A stretch of DNA of 63,094 bases, counting the filler, from Sluysia triapertura (taxonomy: Eukaryota): NCBI GenBank assembly GCA_046118255.1. It is 5 parts of 5 records of this genome, joined end to end, with 100 filler letters (N's around TTAATTAATTAA, not from the genome) between each part and the next. Parts side by side here need not be neighbours in the genome. Positions count along the whole stretch, not along the records: positions 34,884 to 46,594 come from JBJNIA010177808.1; positions 46,695 to 63,094 come from JBJNIA010204927.1; 3 more parts are not named here. One strand, given 5' to 3'. Both the position numbers and the translations under genes were made by a program. The notes beneath the pieces were generated by a model. The model searched no databases. It worked only from the letters and a program-made list of their open reading frames with translations, and was not told where the DNA came from. Shown in pieces: positions 39,260-51,802 of this stretch; within the stretch, counting starts at the first letter, position 1, and each line of letters starts with the position of its first letter.

Positions 39260-39448
39260 TGTTAGACTTCGTAAAATGGACTGACTGGGGATCGAACCCA
39301 GGACCATTGTCTGCGCAGTCCGACTGCTCTACCACTGAGCTATCAGCCCCGTCTAACAATTTCATTTTTAATATATTCAACTATACTACTTGGCACTTTT
39401 TAGGCCTTTTACCCCAACACTATCATTATTCTAAATGGTACCTCAACA
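39260..39448 (-). mobile_element. tRNA-core element, copy 3 (best preserved; core 39277-39349)
   Basis: Reverse complement GGGCTGA-TA-GCTC AGTGGTA GAGC..CTGGG TTCGATC CCCAG-TCAGTCC-A has intact acceptor, D and T arms and A/B boxes, but a poorly paired anticodon arm. It is bounded by TGTTG(A/G)GGTA and GTCTAACA. Confidence 0.8.
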
Positions 39449-39739
39449 GAAGTTTAATTTCTTCGTTAAATCTAATTTCTTACTACTTTCTAAAATATAT
39501 TTCCATCATCATCATCATATACTAACATCGTTGATCTAGATAAGCAGGATTTCGATTAGTGCAATAAGTGATTATATGATGAGGATGATGGCATAACTGA
39601 TGAATGTATCCTTCGAAAATTTATGTATATTGACGATATTCTTTTAACTGTTTTCTAATCAACGAATTTGCTGTTTGGTTTCTATTTTATGTATACTTTT
39701 TGAACATGCATACTGTTCGTTACAAATATAATTGTATAA

Positions 39740-40030
39740 TAAGTGATACAAAGTGATGGGTTGAACATTATAAACATTGTTGGAATAAGAATCAGGAAAA
39801 TGAAAACATATATAATGATCTTTACAGCTAAAGAATAATTTGGAGTTCCAAAGACCTGCATAAGGATTTGAAAAATTATGGAAGCTTGAGATTGACTTGG
39901 AAAACCTTAGAAGCATTAAAGCACCTTTGAACATTTGAACCTTTATATCAATAAAGACCTTATTAACGTTTATACATTCTTGAAACATGGATAAGCATTT
40001 GGGATACTTTAGTAACTTTATAAAGTATAT
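39740..40030. repeat. Copy of the unclassified ~300 bp dispersed repeat
   Basis: Collinear with 8310-8553 and 10510-10794. Confidence 0.75.
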
Positions 40031-40429
40031 AAAATCTTTAAAATATTTGACAAATAAAATCATTGTGATTAGTACTAAGGATAAATCTGGTATGGTAATA
40101 ATTAACATAAATAGTAGAAAAGGGAATCATGGAGGTGAAGGCGAAAGCATCTGGAACCTTCCGAATGCTTTATAAACTACTAAATAACTTTAACTAAATA
40201 AATAAAACCTTTAAATATAAAATAAGAATAAGTCAAAAAGTAGATTAATTAATTAAAATCTTGATTAATTTAAATACGAAAACATACGTTTTTGTGAATA
40301 ACTTTTGAAATTGTGTCTGTATTTGTTTTAAAAAACTGAGTTCATACAAGGAAAGCCTTAATATTGAGCAAAGTCAAATTTTAATTAATTCTTAATTATG
40401 GAATGATGAATTTTTAATACTCAAAATGA

Positions 40430-41365
40430 TGGGTCTTTTATACTTTTTATTTTATAAATTATCAATTAAAACTCAAAAACTAAATAAATTCAAAATCGCG
40501 ATATATCACAAGATTACAACAAATATTCTTTATAAGAATAATAATATAAATTATTCTTTATGATAATAACAAAACAAATTATTCTTTAATAATAAAACAT
40601 TTATGTTTATCAACTTCAAAATTACAAATCTTTTAATATTAACAAACCAAAACCAGGAATGACACAACCTATTTAAATTTAAACACCTTTATTAATAGAA
40701 TGTAATCAGTAATGAACACGTTACTAACCCTTGTTCTTATTTTATAAAACTGGTTTATTTTATCCAATTGCTAAAGAAATAGCTTCAACTTCACCGTTAT
40801 CCACTGATGAATTGAAGCAGCTAGAAAGTTTTGTTATCTTAACTCTAACTCTTGTCTCTGTCGTTTTTAATTCTAATGTTTTTTGCAAAATTGTAACTGC
40901 TTATAGGAATTTTATGATAATTAGGGAAATTAAAATCAGAAATTGAACAAGACGGAAATTTTACTGATTAAATTTCGACAGCAGCTTCCGTCTTTATTTA
41001 ACTTCATTATCATTTTATTTATCTAAAAATAATGGGATATGTGGTAAATAATTCCCTTCTTTTTTGAATGTGATATAATTAAAATTTAAAATCATTATTA
41101 TATTAATAACGTAATTTTCCAACTTAATTTAACCATAAAATTAATGAAATAATAAATTTACTTCTTATAGGAATCTTTTACATAATACATTGTGTCACCC
41201 CTACTTGTGATTTGTCATTAAAGAATAATTCTTTGTATTGTTTTTATAAAGAAGATTTTAGTTGTAATCTTTGATATAAAGAATATATCGACATTTGAAT
41301 TTATTTAGTTGTTGAGTTCTAACTTATTAATTTGGGAAAATAAAAGTATTAAAAGACACCATAAA
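40430..41365. repeat. Inverted pair of a dispersed AT-rich repeat (arms ~40430-40675 and ~41165-41365)
   Basis: gtctttta..aactcaa(a/c)aactaaataaattcaaa..aagattacaac is found in opposite orientation in the two arms. Confidence 0.7.
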
Positions 41366-41956
41366 TATAATGAGTTGAATATGAGATGATTGCTATTAAA
41401 GAGTACAATCCAGAAGTGAGTTTGAAATGTTTGTAGAGTGGTTTGTTTGAGAATAAGAAGTTAAAATCATTTTCCATAAGGAAATTTGATGTGAAAAACC
41501 AAAAATCTATAATTTCTTAAAACTAAATTCATTATTTTTTTAATGTTATTAACAATAATAATGATAGTTATATTAATGTGAGAATTAATTTAAGTAAAAG
41601 TATATTGCGTAGAGTATAGGAAAATAATAAGTAATCGTAAATCAATTTTTTGTGTTTTGTAAGTAATAAAGTTTGACAGTCTGTACCATATAACTGTCAA
41701 AGTTATTATTGTCATATTAATTCTCAATGGATGTTGCAGTGATTTGTACGATATTAATTTGGGAATGATTCGATGATGAGAAATATAAAAGGAGTACTTG
41801 AGAACAAAATAACAATTAGTAATGTAGGTGAGATCACGTTTCAAGTAATATTATTTTGCATTGTGTTGGGAAATCTATTTTCATTATTAAGGGTTAAGCG
41901 TGAATAATAGTTAATATTCACCTTTGGTTTCTTGGGATATATTATTTTGTCCTTAT

Positions 41957-42112
41957 TATTAGACTTCGTAAAATTGACTGACCAGGGATCGAACCAGAGA
42001 CCTCTAACTGCAGTGTTCGATGCTGTACCACTGAGCTATCAGCCCCGTCTAACAATTTTATATTATTATATACAAATACACTAAATGGCACTTTAGGCCT
42101 TTTACCCCAACA
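41957..42112 (-). mobile_element. tRNA-core element, copy 4
   Basis: tattagacttcgtaaaa..ccactgagctatcagccccgtctaacaat..tggcactttaggccttttaccccaaca. Confidence 0.8.
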
Positions 42113-43177
42113 ATATTATTGTAAACATTGTTGTTATTTTTGAGATCTAGTCATTTTTATTATTGTATTTGATTTTGTAATTATTAAATTATTGTGCTGC
42201 TATTAATATAAAAAAATATTAAAATAAAAGAAATGTGATAATTTATACTTGATCTAGTGAATATTGAAATTACTGAGATTCTATTTAAACAAAGTGAACT
42301 GATATTGATTTATTGTTATTAATAATTTCAAAGTCGCAACAGATACATCACACAAATAATATGTGAATTTCAAATAAAACTAGAAATATTTGAAATACAA
42401 CATTAATGTCACAAGCAAAAGCCAAACTAAAACCGAAACTTCCATTATAAAAACATGCTATAAACATTATAGTTTTTTATCTAAACATTAAATGAAAAAA
42501 TCGTTAAAAATCAATAATTTTTAATCCAATTAAAAGTTACATACACATACAATACTTATATATATGATTAGTAATTTAAGTCTTTATAAAAATCAATTAT
42601 AAAATCAAAGTATAATATATAATATATAAGTACAATAATATATAAAAAAGATAACAAACAAAAATACATAAACACAAAAATTCCCCCGCGCCCGCAACCT
42701 TACACCGATTAGAATTAAAAAAACCGCTTAGAAAAATATTTATAAATCCACATAATATCTATATTGATTTTGATTAATGTGAAATAATAATGATGATGAT
42801 ATTCGACAATAGATAAATATTACTTTCCTAATGAAACGCGCGCTAACAAACCAAAATGAAAAATAGCACACATTTTTTAAAAATAAAACAACGTTAAATG
42901 AAACATTAAAACAAATCGAAAATAAATTAATAATAATAATAAACCGAAAAAACAAATAAAAATAAAAACCCTAGCTTACATTTCTAAATTGATTTGATGA
43001 AGCACGCAATTAAAAATAAAATTTAAATATTACATATTTTTTGCGAAAAAAGTCGAATAAAAAATTCAAAACAAATATTGTAAACATCTGTTCTTCTACC
43101 GGAAATAAAACAAACATTATGCTCAATAGTTTGAAACAAAATTCATTACGTTTATATCAGGTCATGTATATCGGATG

Positions 43178-43212
<35 letters not shown>

Positions 43213-43308
43213 GTATTACTCGTAAAACTCAAAAATGTAATAAAAATGACTTATCAAATGAAAAAATTAAATTACCAATAGAATAAGTATTATATGAAAT
43301 CATCCAAT

Positions 43309-43517
43309 TAGAAATCAATACGATGGGCAATAATTTTTAGGTCTGTTTCTTGCGAATCGACTTTGTCGAATACAGAAATTGTAGTTTTGTCTACCGGGAC
43401 AGCAATATTAATTTTCAATTCTTGCAATTGTAATTGGTTATTGACTAGCCAATCAGTGAGTGTGTTCGATGATTTCACAGGAATTATTTCAATTTGTCGA
43501 TTTGCAATTTCGGAATC
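43309..43517 (-). CDS. Possible terminal exon of an unknown gene or pseudogene
   Basis: TTTAG acceptor followed by an open frame SEIANRQIEIIPVKSSNTLTDWLVNNQLQLQELKINIAVPVDK..IAHRIDF*. Confidence 0.35.
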
Positions 43518-44706
43518 TAAACAAACCGTCCATAAATTATCAAATTATATCTAAATAAAATAATGTTCGACTGTGAGACATTTTATTCCACATGAATCGA
43601 CCCAGTGTGCTACTTCTCGGAACGCTATCAATTGTAGAAATTCGTTTTAGTCAACCAATTTAAGTAATATCGGTTGTATATGAAAACGCACCTCAAATTT
43701 TTAGTACATGAATGGGCAGAAAAAATTTTCTACTCCACGTGTGCGCATACATAGAGAACAAAAAATTCATTTCGTCATTTGTACATTATTGCTAAATTTC
43801 ATATCCAATTACATTCGAAATTTATACATGTCTTCTCTGCCTTGTGTCAATATTAAAAACCAAAGTGGTAGAGAAAATTAAAAATGATTTCGTGTCGCAT
43901 CTATAATTGGATAATTAAGTGATATTAAAAATCCTAGAGATCAAACTGTAATAGATTATTTAGCGCGCCAAACGGTACAAAAATTACATTTAATTTCAAA
44001 TGCATCACTTATTTTAAACAAAGTATTAATTAAGCCTAATAAAGTCAAACATATTAAACAATTAATTTCGACTGTGTCGCCACAAAATAAAAAATAGAAT
44101 AAGATCCACATTTGTGCAGATACAATAAACATATAAATCAAGAACTACAAATATTATTTTCCAATTAACATCACATCCGAATTTAATAAAATACTCATTC
44201 TAACCAATCAAATTAAACCAAGGGGTCAGTTTACTACATAAGCATTTTAAATAATATTCGTGTTACAACTTAAAAATGGTTTAAATAACAAAGAGTAATC
44301 AGAAACTAATTGAGAAATAAATAGAGAAAATTGGCTAAACATCCATACTATAAGATCTGATCTATTATAGAATCATTATAGAAATAAATCGGTTAAAGCG
44401 AGATTAATCTTATAAGATGAGAATTAAATAATTATTGGCTATAAATTCTGAACAGAGAAATATAGTATATAAACAACATCATTGTAGTAATGTTAAAATG
44501 TAAAATGCAATTAAAAAGAATAAGTTGAAATTACAGGAATATTATACGCAAACTCATACCGAATTTAGCACTTTCATTTCTGACAAGCTCGAGATGAGTC
44601 CGAATTACTAACGATAACTTATAGTCATTAACCATGTGTGTGAAATTCATTATCAAATTTTGAATGTATAATCAATTACAGTTAAAACAAATAAATATTA
44701 TTTATA

Positions 44707-44921
44707 TTATTTCCTTGTACAATGCCAATAATAACCTTCTTCTATTTTCAACCAATTTTTGCGTCCTTTTACAATATTGTCCAATATCTTCACATCGTGT
44801 TCCCAGCCAGGTAAAACATAATATCGAGCACGTACTCGAGAGAAAAATGCTTCTGTCACACGACTGCTTGATACATTACCGTCTGAATCTACAGGCAAAA
44901 CAACTAGTTCCATGTAGTAAC
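44707..44921 (-). CDS. Exon encoding a TDP-43 N-terminal-domain-like fold (gene or pseudogene)
   Basis: After a TTTTTCTAG acceptor, ELVVLPVDSDGNVSSSRVTEAFFSRVRARY aligns without gaps to TDP-43 [30 protein letters not shown]; it continues VKILDNIV..W versus VRLVEGIL..W. Confidence 0.6.
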
Positions 44922-45897
44922 CTAGAAAAATAAAATAATTTAAATAAACTGACAATTGATAAAATAAAATATTTATATTTAGAACTACAATTTTGTTTTA
45001 GCTAATCACGACTATGTTCCAACTTGTAACAAATCAGATTTCCTCAAAATGGAGGTTGTTAATATGATTTTACAGTGTTTTGCTAACTTGCAATGAATAA
45101 TAATATTATATTATAATAATAATAAATGTAGGATTAAATAAATTATGTAGAAAAGAATTTAAAATTGAATACAGCTTAAAAATGTTCGTATCATTACCAC
45201 ATACAACACAAACAACGATCAAAGTACCATCCAAAAAGCACCATTATTACACACCGAGCATAAGAAAAAATACTGTTTCAACCGATGACAGAGAAAGAAT
45301 GATCCAAAAAACACTTGAAGTATATATTCTACGGTAATATACGGTAAACCATACCAAAAGGCTAGATTTATTAGTGTCTCTGTACACTCTTGATTCACTT
45401 TTGTTAATATTTGCTCTTTCATTTCGAGCATAAGTTTAGATCTTCTATCACCTCCACATTTTCCCGGTGTACTATTGGATATCTTTTACCAGAAAATGCT
45501 TGGTTACATGAACAGATGTTATAATGGGGAAGTTTTATATTTTAAGTTGATTTTAACTTAAATTCTTTTTATATAATTTATTCAATTATTTAATTGAACT
45601 AAGCTTATATAATAATTCTGACAATAAATCAGTCGATATACGGTTTTTGTTGAATGGCCAGTCGAAGCTTCTAATTATAATTGTTTATAAATTTTAAATA
45701 GTAGTAACGATTTTCGAAGTCATGCTTCGTCGTCAGTGTGATCCTTTCCAAATTAATTAATATTAAAATATTCAATTTAATTTCAAAATAAAATAAATTT
45801 TCTATATTTATCGTGGATTATATACACATTACAGGATTCAATAGAAATATTTTCGTGTAGTCTGTGGTTATTAATATGATTTTCGACAAAGTTAATT

Positions 45898-46491
45898 TTA
45901 TGAGCATCAGTAAGTGGAGATTTAGCATGAATTCAGCCTCACAACTATTTTTTAATATTCTTCATACTGTTGTTTTATTGTAGTTTAGCTCTAAATCTGA
46001 CATTATGAGTTGTAGACAACGTTGTATTTTTCGCATACATTATTAAACTCCTTTTCTGGCGATTAGAAAGTACCCCATTGTTATTTATAACTATTATCCA
46101 AATAATTGGATATCGCATGTCTTGATCTGTTAAAACTTTTGGCAATACTTGCATTACTTTCCCTTTTTTGAGTTAAATAATATAATAGATGCCTGGAAAG
46201 ACTGAAATAAAAAATGTAAATACATTGATTAATTCGATGACAAAAAGGTGTGTAGGAGTATTGAAAATACTCAGGAATATCATTAGAATACTAATTTTGT
46301 ACAATATGTTTTATAGTCTCTTAAATAAAAAGTTTGTATAATGCGTATAATTTATTTGTAAAATTGGAAACTATAAATAAGTAATAGTTTATTCGTATTT
46401 TATTTATTAAATAGTATTGTTAATTTGTTATAAATTGTGTTTGTATATATAGCAAAAATAGGAGGTTGTCATATACTTTTGAAACAGGGTG
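45898..46491. mobile_element. Rearranged copy of the Tc3-like element at 3619-4867
   Basis: 45900-46145 is the reverse complement of ~3833-4076, while 46188-46345 is direct to ~4541-4690. It ends in the TIR ..tatacttttgaaacagggtg. Confidence 0.85.
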
Positions 46492-46519
46492 AATGTAATT
46501 GTTTTTTAATACTCTAGGG

Positions 46520-46550
46520 CAGTGATTCTCAACCAATGTGCCGCCGAATT
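46520..46550 (+). mobile_element. Possible hAT-Charlie terminus
   Basis: CAGTGATTCTCAACC preceded by ctctaggg (NTCTAGAN-like target site). Confidence 0.4.
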
Positions 46551-46594
46551 TTAGTCTTATGATTATGTTCACATTTGTATTCTATTCTAGTCCA

Positions 46595-46694
46595 NNNNNN
46601 NNNNNNNNNNNNNNNNNNNNNNNNNNNNNNNNNNNNNNTTAATTAATTAANNNNNNNNNNNNNNNNNNNNNNNNNNNNNNNNNNNNNNNNNNNN
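46595..46694. other. Artificial contig spacer
   Basis: 44N-TTAATTAATTAA-44N. Confidence 0.99.
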
Positions 46695-47221
46695 TATGAA
46701 TTAAGAGATTGTGACTTATTTAAATTATAATATGTTTATGTGAGGTGTAAGGGATGTTTCTGCTGTGTATGCTACCAGTTAAGTTAGGCAGGACACTACA
46801 GTCAATACTTGGAAATTCCAGCATACGTAACAATGAGAGAACAATTACAGGACGCATGGAAGCGAGCAGGTCTTCAAAGTAAATACACACACGATAAGAC
46901 AGCAAAAGAACATACATTTAAAATATGTGACGAAATACTTATAGACTATCCAATATCCAATCTCCGAAATTAAAGGGCCACATCTAATAACGAGAGTTAC
47001 AGATACAAATGTGCTCGTTAAAGATCCTAATAAAATTAACTCTGAAACTTTTGAGCGCACGTCAACAGATGCAAGATTGCACCAAAAGAGTAATATAATC
47101 TAAGAAACAGAAAAGTACAAAAATCGAGATTGAAAGTTAAGCCGATGCACTACGACATAAACAAGTAATATTTATAATACAACCTCATAGAGATGACTTA
47201 ACTCACATAATGCAAAATGTA

Positions 47222-47523
47222 CGATTTAATGGGCAGTGGGTTAGAGCAATTATGGATACCGATGCTACTATATCAGTATTTCATAAAAACTTTATAAATC
47301 GATAAATTTATAAATTTATAAATCGACCAAGAACAGTAACATATAGCTTAAATCAAACTCCAATTAACATCAGCGGAACAGTACTATGTACATAGAAATA
47401 TTAGGACAATATGTGCATATTTTAGTAAATGTTTGGGACAGCAGTCCATATGAAGACATGGTCATTCACAGCAAATATGGTTTCATAAAAGTACCACCGG
47501 GATCAAATATAATTATACCGTAA
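47222..47523 (+). pseudogene. Retropepsin (LTR-element aspartic protease) remnant
   Basis: FNGQWVRAIMDTDATISVFH (D-T-G-A motif with G to D), then INISGTV..ILGQYV..SPYE; contains stops and frameshifts. Confidence 0.7.
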
Positions 47524-47582
47524 TTAATAGTTCCCTATAGTTGGCGATGAACTAACAGTATATCAAATGCCAATTTCAAATC

Positions 47583-48683
47583 CGTCCTTACAGTTCCAGA
47601 ATTACCATTACATCTACACTCAATTTGTCAGATGTATCATGGGGATCGCCACCAGCAATTACATCGGAAGAAAGTTCGGACTCATCAGGAATTGGTTCCG
47701 AAGTTCAAGGCACAATAATGATAATGGCTAATGAGAATAGTTTCCATAGGAATTGTTTTAAGAAAATAATTTATTGCTTATATGAATTAATTAAGTTTTT
47801 CCTATCACTAATAACCAACACTATAGCGACAGAAACAGATGAAGAATACAAGAATATGAACATCGCTATAAATCATGACAGAGAACGGAAAATAATGATC
47901 ACCGATATTTACAAACAATATTGGAAATTCGAATTTGTTTCTAAGAAAATGATTTTGCAACATGAGTTTGAGATTTATTGTATTTATTTAAAGCCGTTAC
48001 ATCATATAGACGGCAATCCACATTGTTTACATTATGGTTATAGGCCAATGCTAATATCTTTCTCTTTGGAATATGATTCTCAGAATGCCTCGAAGACTAT
48101 TTTAATACGATATAAAATAAGAACTAAGCCATTTATTTTTCAACAATCACCGACATATTATATTAGGACTAAATTGTATGTTTCTCGGCAATCGTGAACG
48201 TTAATAGAATCTCCAATGACCACTTATCGTTACCTCGGAAATGTCGTACGTATCCATAATCGATTGTACAATAACACATTATTAATTGCTTACGAACTAA
48301 TTGACGGTTTACGTTACGGAATGATATTGCCTAACGATACTATCCGCTTATATCATATTCCGAAAAATGTTTATCAAATTTTGGATATTAAGAGAAACAG
48401 AATTACATAGTTCAAATGGATTTTGGAAAAAATATCAGATATCATGATGTGCAAGTACCAATCAGAGAAATACGAAAATGACTCGGACACGGAATCAGAA
48501 AAAAGTTTAAGATCAATAACAACTTTGCGAATGTCTTATAATATGAACACGAATATAAGTTCAATCGCTACAAATATAAGTATGAGTTTAAGTAGGGAAA
48601 ATATTGAATGTCCAGCCATAATGAAATCTAACAATAATTTTATCATAACTATTAATTACATCTTAATAATAATTCTCTCGTAA
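47583..48683 (+). pseudogene. One ~365-codon orphan reading frame broken by two stop codons
   Basis: ORFs 47625, 48216 and 48423 are in the same frame, separated only by TGA 48195-48197 and TAG 48408-48410. Confidence 0.6.
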
Positions 48684-49024
48684 CGTTAATAATCAACTTT
48701 ATTATCCCAAAATTCTACTTATTAATTAGGTATAGAGCCCATTTTTCATATAAATTTTAACACATATTATATGCAATAGTTCTGCCATTCAGTGTGGGTC
48801 ATATGTGATATTAAAATCACGAGGATTAATATAAAAATAGTAAGGATTGTGTAATTGACTGTATGTGATGGTTTACCATACATTTTGAGTCATACACTAA
48901 CGTAAACTATACATTTATTCTTAAGTTTTAGGATTTTTAAGCTTTAAAATTTTTAATTTACATTACTAGTATTACGGAATTATTTATTATCTTATTATAT
49001 ATTTTTTATTTTTAGTACAAATTT

Positions 49025-49360
49025 ATGTCTTATTCAACCTGTGCTATCTGCCTTAGATCAATTCGGAATTACTACGCCAGAACATCACCATGCTTCCACC
49101 GTTTTCATTTTTCCTGTTTGTACAATCTCTTTAATACGTCCTTATCACCCTTACCTTATTGTCCTTTGTGTAGGGCTAATATTGTTGAACGTGTTATCTA
49201 TTTCAAACGTGTATTTCATAGGTCTATTTACCGTGTATTTACCATAAAGTACATAACTAGTCCTTCTGAAGAACCAGGTACTGACATTTACCAGCCTACT
49301 GCAAATAAAATAAAAAGAAATCTTAGTAAAAAGGATGGGTTAGGCCTCCTCCAATCATGA
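49025..49360 (+). CDS. RING-H2 (C3H2C3) zinc-finger protein, putative E3 ligase
   Basis: CAIC-x13-CFH-x2-H-x2-C-x14-CPLCR. A basic tail (QKRNRRRRQLK) in another frame runs to 49500. Confidence 0.85.
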   Translation: MSYSTCAICLRSIRNYYARTSPCFHRFHFSCLYNLFNTSLSPLPYCPLCRANIVERVIYFKRVFHRSIYRVFTIKYITSPSEEPGTDIYQPTANKIKRNLSKKDGLGLLQS

Positions 49361-49679
49361 TTCCGAACCTTACAAAATCTCAGAAGAGAAATAGGCGTAG
49401 ACGCCAACTCAAACATTTTTACAAATTACAAGAAGCTAATAAAAATAATGTTTCTAAGATGATTAATCCATTCTTAAAGAAAAGGCAAACAATTACCTAA
49501 AATCGTATAATTTAAAAGTATATAAATAAAGAAAACTTTTGTAATTAATTAATTATTATCTAACTTTAGTTTTGAAGCTATTGTATCCTTTCACCTTATA
49601 CAATTTTATTTTATAAATTATCTATTACTTCAGTAACACGCAAACAAAAATCTTAAACCAAGAGTAAAATTTTTACGTA

Positions 49680-50791
49680 TATATTTGATGACACGAGAAC
49701 ATCACGCCTGCTTTTTTCCCTGATCTGTATCTACCCCTAACAGCTTAAAATCCGAATTGGACATTAATCTCGCCACACATATCTTTGCTCTTACTCCCGA
49801 TAAATCTCAAATCTCATTAAGTGGACTACCTAATTTTCCTGATACTACAAATCTTTATATGTAGTAGAGAACCGCGGTGTCATCGAACTGATCCTCCTCG
49901 ACAACGGCAATATTGTGATCGAAGCTGCGGAATATCCCAATTCGGAATATTTTCAATGCCAACTATAAACTACCAGTCTTTTCTGCCAAATTTTTATAAA
50001 CAAAATTCGTTTAATTTGGAACGATTGAACAATGGCGTTTCTTTCACACATGCCCATGTCCCCTTACGATGAAGATCGTTTGATTTTTGTGGCTTATTCT
50101 TACGCGTTTGATTTCTTAAACCGGCCACATATCATACAACTGTCTTGCGTTCGTTATTGCTAGCAATTCCATTCAGATACTAATATTAAGCCGCGTTTGC
50201 GAAAACTATGTCCGTGATATCCAAGGTTTCAAAGATACAGATATTCTCGAAGCAAAGGACATTGATGATATCCTTGTTTCATCATCAAAATGAGTCATTA
50301 ATTTGACCAACCATAATCTTTTGTCTTACACCACTACAAATCCTATTTTGCGGGGCCGTCAAACCTTTCGTCTTCTTTATCCAGTTCCGCCAAAAATGGC
50401 TTCTCCCGTATGGCCTTTGAACTCATTTTACTTCTTGACTTAATCAGAACGAAGGACACTTCATTTATTTCTAATTGTTCTCCTCCTCCTCTTTTTCTAA
50501 TGTTCTCGTGGCAACTAATACATCAATCAATGCTAAAACTTCATCAATCGGATTGTCATCCTTTACTAATCAACCATGTCAGAAACCTTCAGCGTTCTGA
50601 CCAGGTCGATCAGTGATTGAACTGCTCATCGCCAAACCCAAATCGTATTCAGCTAAACGAACAAGTCAAAAGGAGGATCATCATCATCCGCCATCTCGTT
50701 CTTCTGTTCGGACTGATTTTGCATAAAACGATGTGGACTTAGATGATATTGACTTGGATGATATCGATTTAGACGACAATGATTTTTGTTA
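49680..50791 (+). pseudogene. Decayed member of an unknown protein family ('ORF-X'), with an acidic C-terminus
   Basis: NLTNHNLLSYTTTNPILRGRQTFRLLY / SRMAFELILLLDLIRTKDTSFIS, homologous to 52330-54390(-); ends DDVDLDDIDLDDIDLDDNDFC*. Confidence 0.65.
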
Positions 50792-50806
50792 ATTTTTTTG
50801 AGATTC

Positions 50807-51558
50807 GGGACAAATATTCCCTGATGGGGAAGTAATTGTAAATAATATTAATGTCAATATCAATATTTATGATAATTGTAAATAATATGTATTAAATTAA
50901 TATCTATGTATTAAAAATATAAAAACGTTTGTAAATAAGTATTTTAATAATAATATTTGTAAATAAAATTTAATCATTGTATTTTAATTAGAAAAAAATA
51001 ATATTTAACATAATTTAATATTTTTGTATAAAGTACCGAAATTCATAAATCTGACTCACATTTTTATGCTTATTTTTACATTTATTTTATCTATCTAGAA
51101 AATATTTATGCTTATTTTATGATTTAAAAATAATTTATTGAAAATTCATTGAAATTTTCATGATTAATTATTAATTTATAATTTTATAATTTACAAAAAC
51201 TTATATTTGTGTTGAAATAAAAAGAGATAAAGAAGGTCGGAGACACAAGTGATATATTGATTACGAATTACTGGAAAACATTGTACTAACTCGGTTATTT
51301 TTATCTGTGTCGGTGTTATACCGTGTGATCTAAATTACGAAATTGAAGAGGATTGATTTGGAAATTATTCGATAAAAAATATCGTACAAGGATTCACCAC
51401 AAATATTCAATTTATTTATTATATGTAAAAACAAAGTAAGCTAATATTTATTAAGATTACGCTTCAATAGGTAGCGTCAAAATCTTACTTAAAATCTCAA
51501 TATTTTAAATCCAAGTATTATACCTGGATTAACTTATTACTAAAATCATCCTACAACA
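50807..51558 (+). mobile_element. Putative polypurine tract plus 3' LTR (TGTAAATA from 50837; end uncertain)
   Basis: gggacaaatattccctgatggggaagtaat-TGT directly after ORF-X; candidate end ..catcctacaaca. Confidence 0.5.
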
Positions 51559-51802
51559 ATAAAGAAGTTAATTCTTTAAGTATAACGTTTTATCATTGTT
51601 ATTATAATATCTTATTTGTGTTTTATATTGTTGATAATTGTGTTACACTTTTGTACGGAATAAATTTAATTATTTTGAATTTGTTATTATTGTCGTTAAA
51701 ATACTAAAGTTTCAAGATTTTTTGATTAAAGTTGTAATTATAATTGATAATAACTTTTAAATTAATTATATAAGAATTTCCCGTTGAAATAAATAAAAAC
51801 AT

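Noticed and set aside
39277-39349. Functional tRNA-Cys gene
   Set aside because: The anticodon arm pairs poorly and differs among copies, and the shared flanks indicate a repeat.
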